NCBI GenBank assembly: GCA_002269645.1
Contig: NIVC01001446.1
Coordinates: 62,001-126,000, forward strand
Length of the DNA stretch: 64,000 nucleotides
Source of the DNA: Macrostomum lignano
Taxonomy: Eukaryota
Reading direction: 5' to 3'
In this document: one piece after another, positions 19,626 to 37,220 of the stretch
Position numbering within the stretch: position 1 is the first letter of the stretch
Layout: each line of letters starts with the position of its first letter
Program-made: the position numbers and the translations under genes
Notes under the pieces: model-generated
What the model saw: the letters and a program-made list of their open reading frames with translations, nothing else
The model's database searches: none
Told to the model about the DNA's origin: nothing

Positions 19626-20019
19626 GTGTGTGAGCGTGTCTGTGAGCGCAGTGTCTTTGGCGCGCTCAGGGGTCAGCGGAATGGCCTTCCTACATATCGG
19701 TTTATTTGAGTATATAGGATGGTAGATCCAGTCAGTTCTGTTTTTAGAGACCTTCTGTAAAGCAACCGGAGTGGCGTGAGGCAATAAGGGATAAAACTAA
19801 AGCTGGTCCGCGCTGTTTTGTCCGATAATGTACTTGCGCTTGACTGCACAGCCGCATGTTCGCGAGTAATCAACGCCCTTTGATGAAATTATGCGCTCAA
19901 CTTCCTAAACAGAGATTGCACGGAATTGAAACTGTCTGGAATTAGAATAATCTTATAAAAGGAGTGGATTATATATAATGCTCAGAGATCAATGGCTTGG
20001 GAACAGGATCAGAGGAGTA

Positions 20020-20385
20020 AGTCTGGGATCAGGGGAATTAGGCCTGGGATCAGGGGAATTAGGCCTGGGATCAGGGGGATTAGGCCTGGGATCAGGGGAA
20101 TAAGTCTGTGATCAGGGGAATTAGGTCTGGGATCAGGGGGATTAGGCCTGGGATCAGGGGAATAAGTCTGTGATCAGGGGAATTAGGTCTGGGATCAGGG
20201 GAATTAAGTCTGTGATCAAGGGAATTAAGTCTGGGATCAGGGGAATTAAGTCTGGGATCAGGGGAATTAAGTCTGGGATCAGGGGAATTAAGTCTGGGAT
20301 CAGGGGAATTAAGTCTGGGATCAGGGGAATTAAGTCTGGGATCAGGGGAATTAAGTCTGGGATCAGGGGAATTAAGTCTGGGATT
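20020..20385. repeat. 21-bp minisatellite (CTGGGATCAGGGGAATTAAGT), ~17 copies
   Basis: Direct reading. Confidence 0.95.
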
Positions 20386-20574
20386 AGGGAAATCGAAACT
20401 GAACAACTGAATTTGAGTTGGTAAAGCAAAATCAAGATGTACAGTTTAACACAATCAGGTATAAAAAATTCTGTCTTTTTATTTTTGTCGATTTTACAGG
20501 TGCAAGTCACGTGACAAGGAGACGGTACTTATCGTGATTTATCTAATAAGTCTCATGTCTCAGCAATGACATCC

Positions 20575-23500
20575 TCAATAGGTGGGCAACTCCTGCAGCG
20601 AGGCGGCAGTCATGACGGGAGTCTCCGCAGCCACAAGCGCCGCAGGAACTGCAATTGGAGCGAAGTGATATCGGTGGAAATGCTGCACGAGTCTTATCAC
20701 AAGGACTTATCTTAGACAAGGTCATATCCTTGTCTTATCATTGGGTCCAATAATCCAGGTACTATTTAATTATCCAGGTATTGATCACTAATTAGAGATC
20801 CAATCATCCAGGTACTATCCAATTATCCAGGTATTAATCACTAATTAGATATTCAATGTGGTTTTGCTGTTTCTGAGTACCCTGTTCACACTACCACAAA
20901 AGTACCGTCTCAAACCAACCTGACGAGCGCAGGCTCCGGCTGACGTTCTGCATCAGAGAGTACCGCTCCAGGTGTCGAGTGATTGAGATTCCCGACCGGT
21001 GCAGGCCGCTTCTGGCCAGCCGGTCCATCAAGCAGTGCTCCTGTCGGATGCAAGCCCCGACCACCCGCTGCGGGCCCGCAGTCTCGGGCTGAGCCGCCAA
21101 GCAGGACTGCTGCCTGCCGCCGGCCAGTCGAACCCATTCGCTGCTGGTCACGTGACTTGGACGCCCGAGCTGTCGTCGAATCCAGGGCTCCGACTGCGAT
21201 CGGACGAGATCGCCGGATGGCGTAGGTTGTCGCTGCTGCTGCTGCAGTTGTTCTTCTTGTCGGCGAAAGTAGAAATCACCTCCAACGGTCGGCCAATATG
21301 GTTCGGCAGCGTCCGAGTTGTACTTGCGGTCGATAGCGAGCAGCAAGGCGGCTCGGCCAAGCCGAGGATCCGCGGCGTTGGTCGGGTAATCCGTCGAATG
21401 ATTCACGAACAGCACGTTGTCGTTGCCAGCGATGAACTCTCTGGGTTCGGAGAGTCGGATTGAGCTAGTTTGTCAGAAGATGCAGCTCGTGAACAAACGT
21501 CATTCTGGTCTGAAGTCGTTCTGTTCTGACGTCATTCTGTTCTGACGTCATTCTGTTCTGACGTCATTCTGTTCTGACGTCATTCTGTTCTGACGTCATT
21601 CTGTTCTGACGTCATTCTGTTCTGACGTCATTCTGTTCTGACGTCATTCTGTTCTGACGTCATTCTGTTCTGACGTCATTCTGTTCTGACGTCATTCTGT
21701 TCTGACGTCATTCTGTTCTGACGTCATTCTGTTCTGACGTCATTCTGTTCTGACGTCATTCTGTTCTGACGTCATTCTGTTCTGACGTCATTCTGTTCTG
21801 ACGTCATTCTGTTCTGACGTCATTCTGTTCTGACGTCATTCTGTTCTGACGTCATTCTGTTCTGACGTCATTCTGTTCTGACGTCATTCTGTTCTGACGT
21901 CATTCTGTTCTGACGTCATTCTGTTCTGACGTCATTCTGTTCTAACGTCATTCTATTCTTACCTCATCGTTTTTGACACCATGTTCTGACGTCGTCCTGT
22001 TTTGTGGCGTCATTTTCTTCTATTGTCTGACGTCTTTGTGACCTCATTCTATTCTAACATTTTTTATCCTAGTGGGTAAGCCTGAAGAGCAACATTTACG
22101 GGTAGAGATACATGTAGACATTGAGTATATGTTTACTTTTTGGGAACTTACTCTTGAAGAGCCAATGCATCACACGCATCTGCACTCACCCAGCTAATGA
22201 TATGGTGGTTTCTTCCGGCATTGCTGGATGTTTTTAAAGCAACGTCTTATCTTCTGCTTCTGCTAGCGTCTAAGTTGACAAGAAAATGATGGGATACAGG
22301 CCTAGAAGATGAGTTTATCTTCGCTCCTAGTAGAAATAAAAAAATGATTGCTGAGTTCTCTGAGTGGGCTGAAGAGCATCTTGAAAATGCTTGTTTGCTG
22401 AACCTAACCCTATCATCTTGCTGGCACTGTTGGATGTTGTTTTCCTACTGTCCACAATGAGGGAAGTCCACATTGAAAAGCTTTATAACAATGTCAGATG
22501 CTAATGTCACTGCGGCAGTCCCAGTATCAGATGCTAATGTCACTGCGGCAGTGTGTCACTGTGTCATATGCTAATGTCACTGCGGCAGTCCCAGTGTCAG
22601 ATGCTAATGTCACTGCGGCAGTCCCAGTGTCAGATGCTAATGTCACTGCGGCAGTCCCAGTCAGATGCTAATGTCACTGCGGCAGTCCCAGTGTCAGATG
22701 CTAATGTCACTGCGGCAGTCCCAGTGTCAGATGCTAATGTCACTGCGGCAGTCCCAGTGTCAGATGCTAATGTCACTGCGGCAGTCCCAGTGTCAGATGC
22801 TAATGTCACTGCGGCAGTCCCAGTCAGATGCTAATGTCACTGCGGCAGTCCCAGTGTCAGATGCTAATGTCACTGCGGCAGTCCCAGTGTCAGCAACTCA
22901 CTTTGCTCCACCCTGCTGGATCGGTGGCAGTCGGTCCGCAGTTCGATTCTCCCCACCCAAGGTAGCTCGCCGGGCCCGGGCCTCAAGCGCGACCTGGTCC
23001 ACCCTGGCTATTCGGGGAAGGCTTCGGAGCATCTTGCGAATGCGGTGCTCGTCCAGGAGGCTGCGGGATGGCGGAGGGAGAGACAGAGCTCGGTCTAGCC
23101 TAATAAACTGTTCGATGTTTTGAGTAGTGAATTGTCAACTTGATGAGGCTGAATCTGACACTGGATGAGACTAGGCTGAGACTGAGCTAGACTAGGGTGA
23201 GACTGGATGATACTGGGGTGAGACTTGATGAGACTGGGGTGAGACTGTGTGAGACTGGGCAAGGCTAAGATGAAACTGGATGTAACTAGGATGAGATTAG
23301 GTAAGACTGAGTGAGACAGGTGAGATGGTCGAGACTGAATGAGACTGCGGTGAGACTAGGGTGAGACTGAATGAGACTGGGGTGTGACTAGGGTGAGACT
23401 AGGGTGAGACTGGACGAGACTGCGGTGAGACGGGTGAGACTGGGGTGAGACTAGGGTGAGACTGTATGTGACTGGGGTGAGACTGAGACAAGACTAGTGG

Positions 23501-25985
23501 GAGTCTATGGAGAGGACCTGGCGAGACCTGGGTGTGTGGATACACTAAGCAAAGCTTCTTACTCGTAAACATCGGCGCCTCCAGCAGCTGCGCGCTGGTT
23601 GTCGCGCTGCAGCTCCGCCACCCGCGGCGAATTCTTCTGAGAAGAGAAACAAAATTTTTTTACCACAGCTGATTCAGCCTACTAACAGTAAAAATATGCG
23701 AGTAGAACAGCCACTCCCTCTCTCACCGACTCGTTCGCGTAGACAGCGCTGGCTGGAGTGACTCGCCCTCCGGCTCCCATGGTGGCTCCGCTGAACTGCG
23801 CGAAGGCTGCAGGAGCGGCAGCGGCGGCGGCGGCGGTGGCAGCGGCAGGAGAGTCAGATGCGGCAGCGGTGTCGAAGGCAACCGCGGATTCTTCAGCAGA
23901 GTCCCCTTCGATGCTAAGGGCGGCCGCGGCAGCCTCGATGTCCCGGAGGCTCCGCCGTTCTTCGCTCAGAGCGTCCAGCAGCTGGGCCTGCTGGTGCTGG
24001 CGATGTCCTGCAGCCGTCATCGCCACCGCCGCCACCGTGACCTCCCTGGTCGGAGCCTGCAGACTGGCGTACCCTGACTCCGTGGACGCCGCCATGGCAG
24101 TCGACACCGTGATGCCGACATCGACTTCCTCGGAGGTGCCCAAATCCTCGAGAAGTCGGCGCAGGTGGTCAGCCTTGGCAAGGCTCAGCCGGCGCCTGGC
24201 CTCATCAGCGCCATCGGCCAGGAGTTCCAGCTCTGTGACGGCGGCCAGCTGAGTGAAGACCTCCGTTAGCACCGAGTGCTGCAGGTGCTGACCGAAATCC
24301 AGCTGACTGCGGGTTTCAATGGGGTCTAGGATCTGGGATCTAGGATCTGGGATCTAGGATCTGGGATCTAGGATCTGGGATCTAGGATCTGGGATCTAGG
24401 ATCTGGGATCTAGGATCTGGGATCTAGGATCTGGGATCTAGGATCTGGGATCTAGGATCTGGGATCTAGGATCTGGGATCTAGGATCTGGGATCTAGGAT
24501 CTGGGATCTAGGATCTGGGATCTAGGATCTGGGATCTAGGATCTGGGATCTAGGATCTGGGATCTAGGATCTGGGATCTAGGATCTGGGATCTAGGATCT
24601 GGGATCTAGGATCTGGGATCTAGGATCTGGGATCTAGGATCTGGGATCTAGGATCTGGGATCTAGGATCTGGGATCTAGGATCTGGGATCTAGGATCTGG
24701 GATCTAGGATCTGGGATCTAGGATCTGGGATCTAGGATCTGGGATCTAGGATCTGGGATCTAGGATCTGGGATCTAGGATCTGGGATCTAGGATCTGGGA
24801 TCTAGGATCTGGGATCTAGGATCTGGGATCTAGGATCTGGGATCTAGGATCTGGGATCTAGGATCTGGGATCTAGGATCTGGGATCTAGGATCTGGGATC
24901 TAGGATCTGGGATCTAGGATCTGGGATCTAGGATCTGGGATCTAGGATCTGGGATCTAGGATCTGGGATCTAGGATCTGGGATCTAGGATCTGGGATCTA
25001 GGATCTGGGATCTAGGATCTGGGATCTAGGATCTGGGATGCAATTCGAAGACTCACTGCTTGACATCCCGAACCCTGTCGCACATGGCCTCATGATCCTC
25101 CTGCTTGTCGGTGTCCCGCATCAGTCTCAGAAGGCCTCTCGTCACCAGCTCCTTGACTGGCGGCGTCGCCTCCAGAGTGAACCAGCGCTCCGACAGAATC
25201 TCCCGCAGCAGACTCCAGGAATTCCCAGCTTCACTGCTTCCCAAGCAGCTGCCAACTTGATTCATCTCTCCAGGGGCCGGAGGTGAAATCGCTTCAAAAG
25301 CGACATCGGCAGCCGCAGCCATCGATGTCGGAACTCGGTCCTCGGTCAAAACTGCAAAGTCGTCCTGGTCGGAATCGCTGAGCGGCAGCCCCGCTGCAGT
25401 CGTCGAAGACCGCGGATGCCGGCCGCCGCTGCGAAGGCCCCGACGGCTGGCGCGCTTCGACTGGCCGCCGCCGCCGGCCCGCTGTCGGACGCCGCCGCGT
25501 TTCTTCCGGCTTTCCTTCTTCGACGCTTTTGTCTTCGATGTCTTCGAAGCGTCGGGTTCGCCTTGAAAGCTGACGGATTTCCTTGAAGCCTTTGACTTCG
25601 ACAGCGCTGCTGCCGCCTCTCCCCCGGCCACGGCAGTCGCAGCTTCCCCATCGAAGTTCACTCCGGCATCGTCGTTGATGTCGCCATTGTCGGCGTCCCA
25701 GGAGGAGCCCGCTACTGCCGCTCCAGCCGCTGCCTGACGTCTTCGACGGCCTGCCAGGAGCCGCTGCGGCTGCTGCCGCTGCGTCGAAGTCGGCGTCTCA
25801 AAGCTGCTCACGCCCATCTGCACAGCCTCCGCAATGGCGGCTTCATCAAACAGGCCGTAGCGTCTGGACTGCGAATCGGGTGTCAGTGCCAAGTGTTGGT
25901 AGGAAAGCAAGGACTGCATCTGAACGACGCTACACATTACCAGCCTTGGCCCTAAGCATCGGATTTTGATTCCGTGAGGGGCCAT
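20575..25985 (-). CDS. Uncharacterised multi-exon protein with low-complexity and helical segments; N-terminus uncertain
   Basis: Exons ~25985-25057, 24306-23727, 23636-23563, 23099-22902, 21464-20906, 20682-20575 join in one frame (phases 2, 0, 2, 2, 0) with GT-AG boundaries, ending ...GWFETHFHRYHFAP...ELPTY*. No domain recognised by eye. Confidence 0.7.
21521..21960. repeat. 16-bp minisatellite (CTGTTCTGACGTCATT), ~26 copies, each with a TGACGTCA palindrome
   Basis: Direct reading. Confidence 0.97.
22495..22892. repeat. 30-bp minisatellite (GTCAGATGCTAATGTCACTGCGGCAGTCCCA-type) beginning ~9 nt from a donor site
   Basis: Direct reading; ~12 copies adjacent to the donor at 22901. Confidence 0.95.
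23150..23520. repeat. Degenerate ~10-bp repeat (GGGTGAGACT / GATGAGACTA)
   Basis: Direct reading; intronic. Confidence 0.8.
24326..25039. repeat. Near-perfect 14-bp repeat (CTAGGATCTGGGAT), ~51 copies
   Basis: Direct reading; a dimer of two 7-mers, GGGATCT and AGGATCT. Confidence 0.98.
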
Positions 25986-26055
25986 GTATTAATTTGGGGC
26001 TTGTCAAACGACTCACGCCCATGAGGGCCAACCGCCAGGCACCGAGAGTGTACAT

Positions 26056-26421
26056 GCCGCAGCCCAGCGGTCTAGCGCGGCGCTCTGATGTGCCAGCGGC
26101 CCAGGCTCGATTCCAAGTGCAGTCACATTCATTTGGGGCTGAATTGGGATCTCGGCTTGGCTCTGCTCATGCAATTAACCCGGCCTTAAGGACCAACCTC
26201 CAAGGCGCAGTGAAGTATACATGCCTAACGATAAATAAAGTTAGGACCGCTGTACACTCCTGTGTGAGTGTGTGCCTGTGTGTATGACTGCGTACGTATC
26301 CGCGCGCTTGTGTGCCTGCTCAGGGGAGTCGGCGGAATGGGCAGTAATGCCTCTCGCCGATTGTGTGACAACATCGCTTAAAGTGCGCCAGGGTGCACAC
26401 AGCTCTTGCCTCTAATAAAAG
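26056..26421 (+). mobile_element. tRNA-derived SINE family A, copy 3 (most complete, ~365 bp)
   Basis: A-box CAGCCCAGCGG, B-box-like GGCTCGATTCC, shared body, hairpin module and AATAAAAG end. Confidence 0.82.
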
Positions 26422-27469
26422 TGTACATTTCTGACAATTAGCAAGTCAGGGCCGCTGAACATGTACACACTGTCTCAAAGCTCAGGGGTCAGCTGAATGG
26501 GCCTGACTGCCTCCTCACTGACTGTGGATTGGCTGTTGCCTTGAATTGCGGCAGTGTCTGCAGCCCCCCCTCACCCAACCGAGAGACAGCCAGACAGCCA
26601 CCAGACCCCTTACCGGTCGCTGGGCCTCGTCAAGCTCAGTGGAGACGCTCGGGCCAGCCTGCTGAGCCAGACCCCTCACGATGGAGTTCGGAATGTAGCC
26701 TGGAGTGGTTTCAAATTAAATGGCACTTGCTCAACCACGGAAAGATCACATACCGACAGACATACGGACAAACCATTTTTAGTATATGGACTAGCAATCT
26801 ACGCCCCCCGTAAGGGAGCAAACAAAGAATGTAATAATTTTTTTAATAAACTACGTGTAGCTTCTGACCTCAGCCGTTATATCTTAGCAATTCCCCCCGT
26901 AAGCCTTTACATCTCGGTAATTCCCCCAGCAAGTCTTGACGTCTCAGCAATTTTTAGTATATGGATTATCAACCTCTTACCGTCCGGTGCAAGCAATATA
27001 GGCTGCATCTCGTTGCGGATTCGAACTCCGGACCCTGGCTGGTTGTAGTTCGTGGACATAACGATTCCACCTGGTTCAGCCTAACTCCGTACTGAATTGC
27101 AAGAACTGCGGACTGATTTCAGGGCCTGGCCGTCGCTTTTTGTACCGGCATAACAGAGGGGATTTCATGGGATTTCAATTTGATGCTGAGGGAGCATCTC
27201 AGCAGACTGCACGAGTGCAGGATTGCCATTATTAATTAATGAGGACCGCTTTGAGCAGCCGATGCGCTCAGGTAATTAATGGTTAATCGTCTGGAAAAAA
27301 CCCAGAGAAACAGATTGAGATGGTTTCCGTGACGACTGACGATATATTTATTGGTTTTGCTCTCCATCACAGAACAGACAGATGCACTGACTGCCGTGGG
27401 AGCTGCCTGGGGCCTTTGGGCTTCTGTATTTCTTTAGAACATGTATGCTATCTGTCACAGATCTCTGAG

Positions 27470-28022
<553 letters not shown>

Positions 28023-28539
28023 AAGCAATTAATAAGTCAAGATTGAGAACACTTGCATGAAAAAGTTTCAAATTCGAAGTGAAGCTATTGACAAGAAGCA
28101 CTAAGAAAAACTATTCTAGAAGCAGAAAATTATTTCTTGCTTCAACGACAGTGGCACAACTGTTGAATGAAAAATAGGAACACAAACATTCACTGAGCAC
28201 GCCAGTATTTATAAAAAAGTAGGTTACAACAAAATACAACCTCTAGAATGAGCCATTAAAATAGACATCAACTGGGAAAAATTCATGCACCGTGTCTGAG
28301 GTTGCAGCTTATATGAGATATTGCAGAATCATTTGAGCACGGGAACAGGCTGAAACTCAGCTGTACATTCGGAAGGCATTCCGGTGACGCCTCGGAACCG
28401 AGGAAGGAAGTTAAAGATTGCAGGAAACTTCTAGAATTGTACAATAAACACGAGCTACTACTTGAAGTAGGAAACCAGTTCGTAATAATATGCTTGTAGA
28501 GCAAAACCGTTAAAAACTATCGAAACATTGACAGTGCTC

Positions 28540-28960
28540 AAGAATCAATAAAGTGACAGTGCTCAAAAATCAAGAAAGTGACAGTGCTCAAGAATCAATA
28601 AAGTGACAGTGCTCAAAAATCAAGAAAGTGACAGTGCTCAAAAATCAATAAAGTGACAGTGCTCAAGACTCAATAAAGTGACAGTGCTCAAAAATCAATA
28701 AAGTGACAGTGCTCAAAAATCAATAAAGTGACAGTGCTCAAAAATCAATAAAGTGACAGTGCTCAAAAATCAATAAAGTGACAGTGCTCAAAAATCAATA
28801 AATTGACAGTGCTCAAAAATCAATAAAGTGACAGTGCTCAAAAATCAATAAAGTGACAGTGCTTAAGACTCAAAAAAGTGACAGTGCTAAAAAATCAACA
28901 AATTGACAGTGCTCAAGACTCAATAAAGTGACAGTGCACGAAAATCAATAAAGTTACAGT
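28540..28960. repeat. 25-bp minisatellite (AAAGTGACAGTGCTCAAAAATCAAT), ~16 copies
   Basis: Direct reading. Confidence 0.95.
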
Positions 28961-29070
28961 GCTCAAGCTTAACGATAGCTAGAGATTCAAGACACAGCGA
29001 GTGCATTCGTGAATGAGCACAAACTGGTGCACCAATGGCAGAAACTCGGAATTTACAATGAGCAAATCAG

Positions 29071-33134
<4,064 letters not shown>

Positions 33135-33764
33135 GAGGAGTCCAGCGTGGACTCGCCGCCTCCAAGCAGGCAGCTCAGTGGTCTCCGAATCAGCCGCGGC
33201 AAGCGAAGACCGCCGCCGCCCCTGCAGTTCGTGAAACTCGTCTGCTGCATTCAGTCCAGTTGGTGGCGGCAGTCCGCAGCGGGTTGAAATGTTATTAAAT
33301 CACGAACTGCTGACAGATGAGGCCAGGCTGATAAGATAAAAGCATTCTCGGTTGTGTTTCGAGGACTGCAATGCAAATCCTTTATCAGCTGCTATGAAAA
33401 CTTCTCTTTGTCTCTCATCGGTTTAACATTTATAACACAGTAGTAGGGGCCGGAACTGGGTAGCATAGCTGTATGCAATGCGCTCTGTTCAGTACTTAGA
33501 GGGTGCCTGGGAATCAGGGGTTGGCTGGTTGGAGGGCAGTAGTCATCACCGCTCCGTGACTGGCCGCTCGGTGGTTGGGGCGGCTTTCTGCTAAGCTCCG
33601 CGTAATCTTGGGCCCAGCTAGAGCTAAAAATAGAATTGGTCAAGCAAAGAGTTCTAAATTGAAAATCTCACTGGAATGGAAACTCATTGTTTTTCATTAC
33701 ATTAACCAGTGGCCTTGGACATGGCTCCCATCGCCCCATCAGATAAAGGGCATGGGCTCCCACC

Positions 33765-35085
33765 AAGAGACAAAGGGCTCCTAGCCTCCTACCAAGAGAC
33801 AGGAGCTCCCACCAAGAGACAGGGGCTCCCACCAAGAGACAGGGGCTCCCACCAAGAGACAGGGGCTCCCACCAAGAGACAGGAGCTCCCACCAAGAGAC
33901 AGGGGCTCCCACCAAGAGACAGGAGCTCCCACCAAGAGACAAAGGGCTCCTAGCCTCCTACCAAGAGACAGGAGCTCCCACCAAAAGACAGGAGCTCCCA
34001 CCAAGAGACAGGAGCTCCCACCAAGAGACAGGATCTCCACCAAGAGACAGGATCTCCACCAAGAGACAGGATCTCCACCAAGAGACAGGATCTCCACCAA
34101 GAGACAGGATCTCCACCAAGAGACAGGATCTCCACCAAGAGACAGGATCTCCACCAAGAGACAGGATCTCCACCAAGAGACAGGATCTCCACCAAGAGAC
34201 AGGATCTCCACCAAGAGACAGGATCTCCACCAAGAGACAGGATCTCCACCAAGAGACAGGATCTCCACCAAGAGACAGGATCTCCACCAAGAGACAGGAT
34301 CTCCACCAAGAGACAGGATCTCCACCAAGAGACAGGATCTCCACCAAGAGACAGGATCTCCACCAAGAGACAGGATCTCCACCAAGAGACAGGGGCTCCC
34401 ACCAAGAGACAGGGGCTCCCACCAAGAGACAGGGGCTCCCACCAAGAGACAGGATCTCCACCAAGAGACAGGGGCTCCCACCAAGAGACAGGGGCTCCCA
34501 CCAAGAGACAGGAGCTCCCACCAAGAGACAGGGGCTCCCACCAAGAGACAGGAGCTCCCACCAAGAGACAAAGGGCTCCTAGCCTCCTACCAAGAGACAG
34601 GAGCTCCCACCAAGAGACAGGGGCTCCCACCAAGAGACAGGAGCTCCCACCAAGAGACAGGATCTCCACCAAGAGACAGGATCTCCACCAAGAGACAGGA
34701 TCTCCACCAAGAGACAGGATCTCCACCAAGAGACAGGATCTCCACCAAGAGACAGGATCTCCACCAAGAGACAGGATCTCCACCAAGAGACAGGATCTCC
34801 ACCAAGAGACAGGATCTCCACCAAGAGACAGGATCTCCACCAAGAGACAGGATCTCCACCAAGAGACAGGGGCTCCCACCAAGAGACAGGGGCTCCCACC
34901 AAGAGACAGGGGCTCCCACCAAGAGACAGGATCTCCACCAAGAGACAGGGGCTCCCACCAAGAGACAGGGGCTCCCACCAAGAGACAGGGGCTCCCACCA
35001 AGAGACAGGATCTCCACCAAGAGACAGGAGCTCCCACCAAGAGACAGGGGCTCCCACCAAGAGACAGGGGCTCCCACCAAGAGAC
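33765..35085. repeat. 19-20-bp minisatellite (CACCAAGAGACAGGATCTC / CACCAAGAGACAGGGGCTCC) with higher-order duplication
   Basis: Direct reading; the rare variant AAAGGGCTCCTAGCCTCCTA recurs at ~33772, 33941 and 34571. Confidence 0.96.
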
Positions 35086-35961
35086 AGCTTCTCAAGGTTG
35101 CGGCACCTTCAACCACACACAATCTTGGGATGAGAAAAATCTGTCTGGAAAAGCAACATTTAAAAGGCAGAAGAAACGGTGATTTGGCTTGGCCTCAAAC
35201 TCAAATCTTTAAATAAATTGTTCATAGAACGCGAGTGACAGTCCAGATTCTAAGCTTAGAGCTCCATGAATTGGGGAAGTCCGGGCAGGCTTGGGATCTG
35301 CCCCCCTTCCCCCTTCTCTGTTCCGCATAACTTCTGTTTTTTAACCCCCCCCCTTTGTTCGATGTCGGTAAGCCCTCCCCCATTCCCCCATTGTGGAGGA
35401 AGAGACCTCCAGTGGGTGTCCAGTCGGTAGGGGACCCGAAGCCGCCCCCCATACTGCAGTCCCAGAATAAGTTTTAACAAAGACTTGGGCAAGCGGGCCA
35501 CACAAAAGCCAATGGGAATTAATGACGTCAGTGTCAGCCGCAGCCCCCTCCCTGCTTTGCAGCCTGATAGATCAATAATTCATTCAAGTTCAAAGGCCTG
35601 AAGCCTCCCCAATCCCCAAGCCATAAAGCGACCGTGACATACGGGCGGGTAGTCCATTTTTAGTGTGTTTATTCGGTGCATTCTGATGCTCGTGCAGTAT
35701 GAATAAGCCCGAATTAGTTGCTATAATTGCTGCTCAATATGCGAGCGTATTATAAGATAGATTTTCAATGGATTGTCACGTGTAGTGGATTGGTGGGTGC
35801 GACTTATCCGCACAATATGGAAATGGCATTCCTTGTAGAGGCTTTTTTACATGAAGTTGCAATTTGCAAGTCAATTGAACCAGTTGATTGAACTGTCAAC
35901 ACCCTTAATAATATTTTAAGTTGGTTTCCACTTTTACAAAGTTCCACCGTTAGTGACATCT

Positions 35962-37220
35962 GACACCAAAACACATGACTTCCCAAACACCAATAAAACA
36001 CATGACTTCCCAAACATCAATAAAACACATGAATTCCCAAACACCAAAACACATGACTCCCAAACACCAAAACACATGACTTCCCAAACACCAATAAAAC
36101 ACATGACTTCCCAAACACCAAAACACATGACTTCCCAAACACCAAAACACATGACTTCCCAAACACCAATAAAACACATGACTTCCCAAACACCAATAAA
36201 ACACATGACTTCCCGAACACCAAAACACATGACTTCCCAAACACCAAAACACATGACTTCCCAAACACCAAAACACATGACTTCCCAAACACCAATAAAA
36301 CACATGACTTCCCAAACACCAATAAAACACATGACTTCCCAAACACCAATAAAACACATGACTTCCCAAACACCAAAACACATGACTTCTCAAACACCAA
36401 AACACATGACTTCCCAAACACCAAAACACATGACTTCCCAAACACCAAAACACATGACTTCCCAAACACCAATAAAACACATGACTTCCCAAACACCAAT
36501 AAAACACATGACTTCCCAAACACCAATAAAACACATGACTTCCCAAACACCAAAACACATGACTTCCCAAACACCAAAACACATGACTTCCCAAACACCA
36601 AAACACATGACTTCCCAAACACCAAAACACATGACTTCCCAAACACCAATAAAACACATGACTTCCCGAACAGCAAAACACACGGCTTCCCAAGCAGCAA
36701 AACACACGACTTCCCAAGCAGCAAAACACACGGCTTCCCAAGCAGCAAAACACATGAATTCCCAAGCAGCAAAACACACGGCTTCCCAAGCAGCAAAACA
36801 CACGGCTTCCCAAGCAGCAAAACAAACGGCTTCCCAAGCAGCAAAACACACGACTTCCCAAGCAGCAAAACACACGGCTTCCCAAGCAGCAAAACACACG
36901 GCTTCCCAAGCAGCAAAACACATGAATTCCCAAGCAGCAAAACAAACGGCTTTCCAAGCAGCAAAACACACGGCTTCCCAAGCAGCAAAACACACGGCTT
37001 CCCAAGCAGCAAAACACACGGCTTCCCAAGCAGCAAAACACACGGCTTCCCAAGCAGCAAAACACACGGCTTCCCAAGCAGCAAAACACACGGCTTCCCA
37101 AGCAGCAAAACACACGGCTTCCCAAGCAGCAAAACACACGGCTTCCCAAGCAGCAAAACACACGGCTTCCCAAGCAGCAAAACACACGGCTTCCCAAGCA
37201 GCAAAACACACGGCTTCCCA
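35962..37220. repeat. 24-27-bp minisatellite with two variant domains
   Basis: AAAACACATGACTTCCCAAACACC(AAT) up to ~36665, then AAAACACACGGCTTCCCAAGCAGC. Confidence 0.97.

Noticed and set aside
21464-21530. Acceptor located inside the 16-bp CRE array (at 21520)
   Set aside because: That junction leads to a stop at ~21408; only the acceptor at 21465-21467 keeps the frame.
28315-28500. Possible + strand exon (SFEHGNRLKLSC...HELLLE) and a protein-like stretch at 22290-22490
   Set aside because: No recognisable homology and no partner exons could be joined; they could be decayed transposon fragments.
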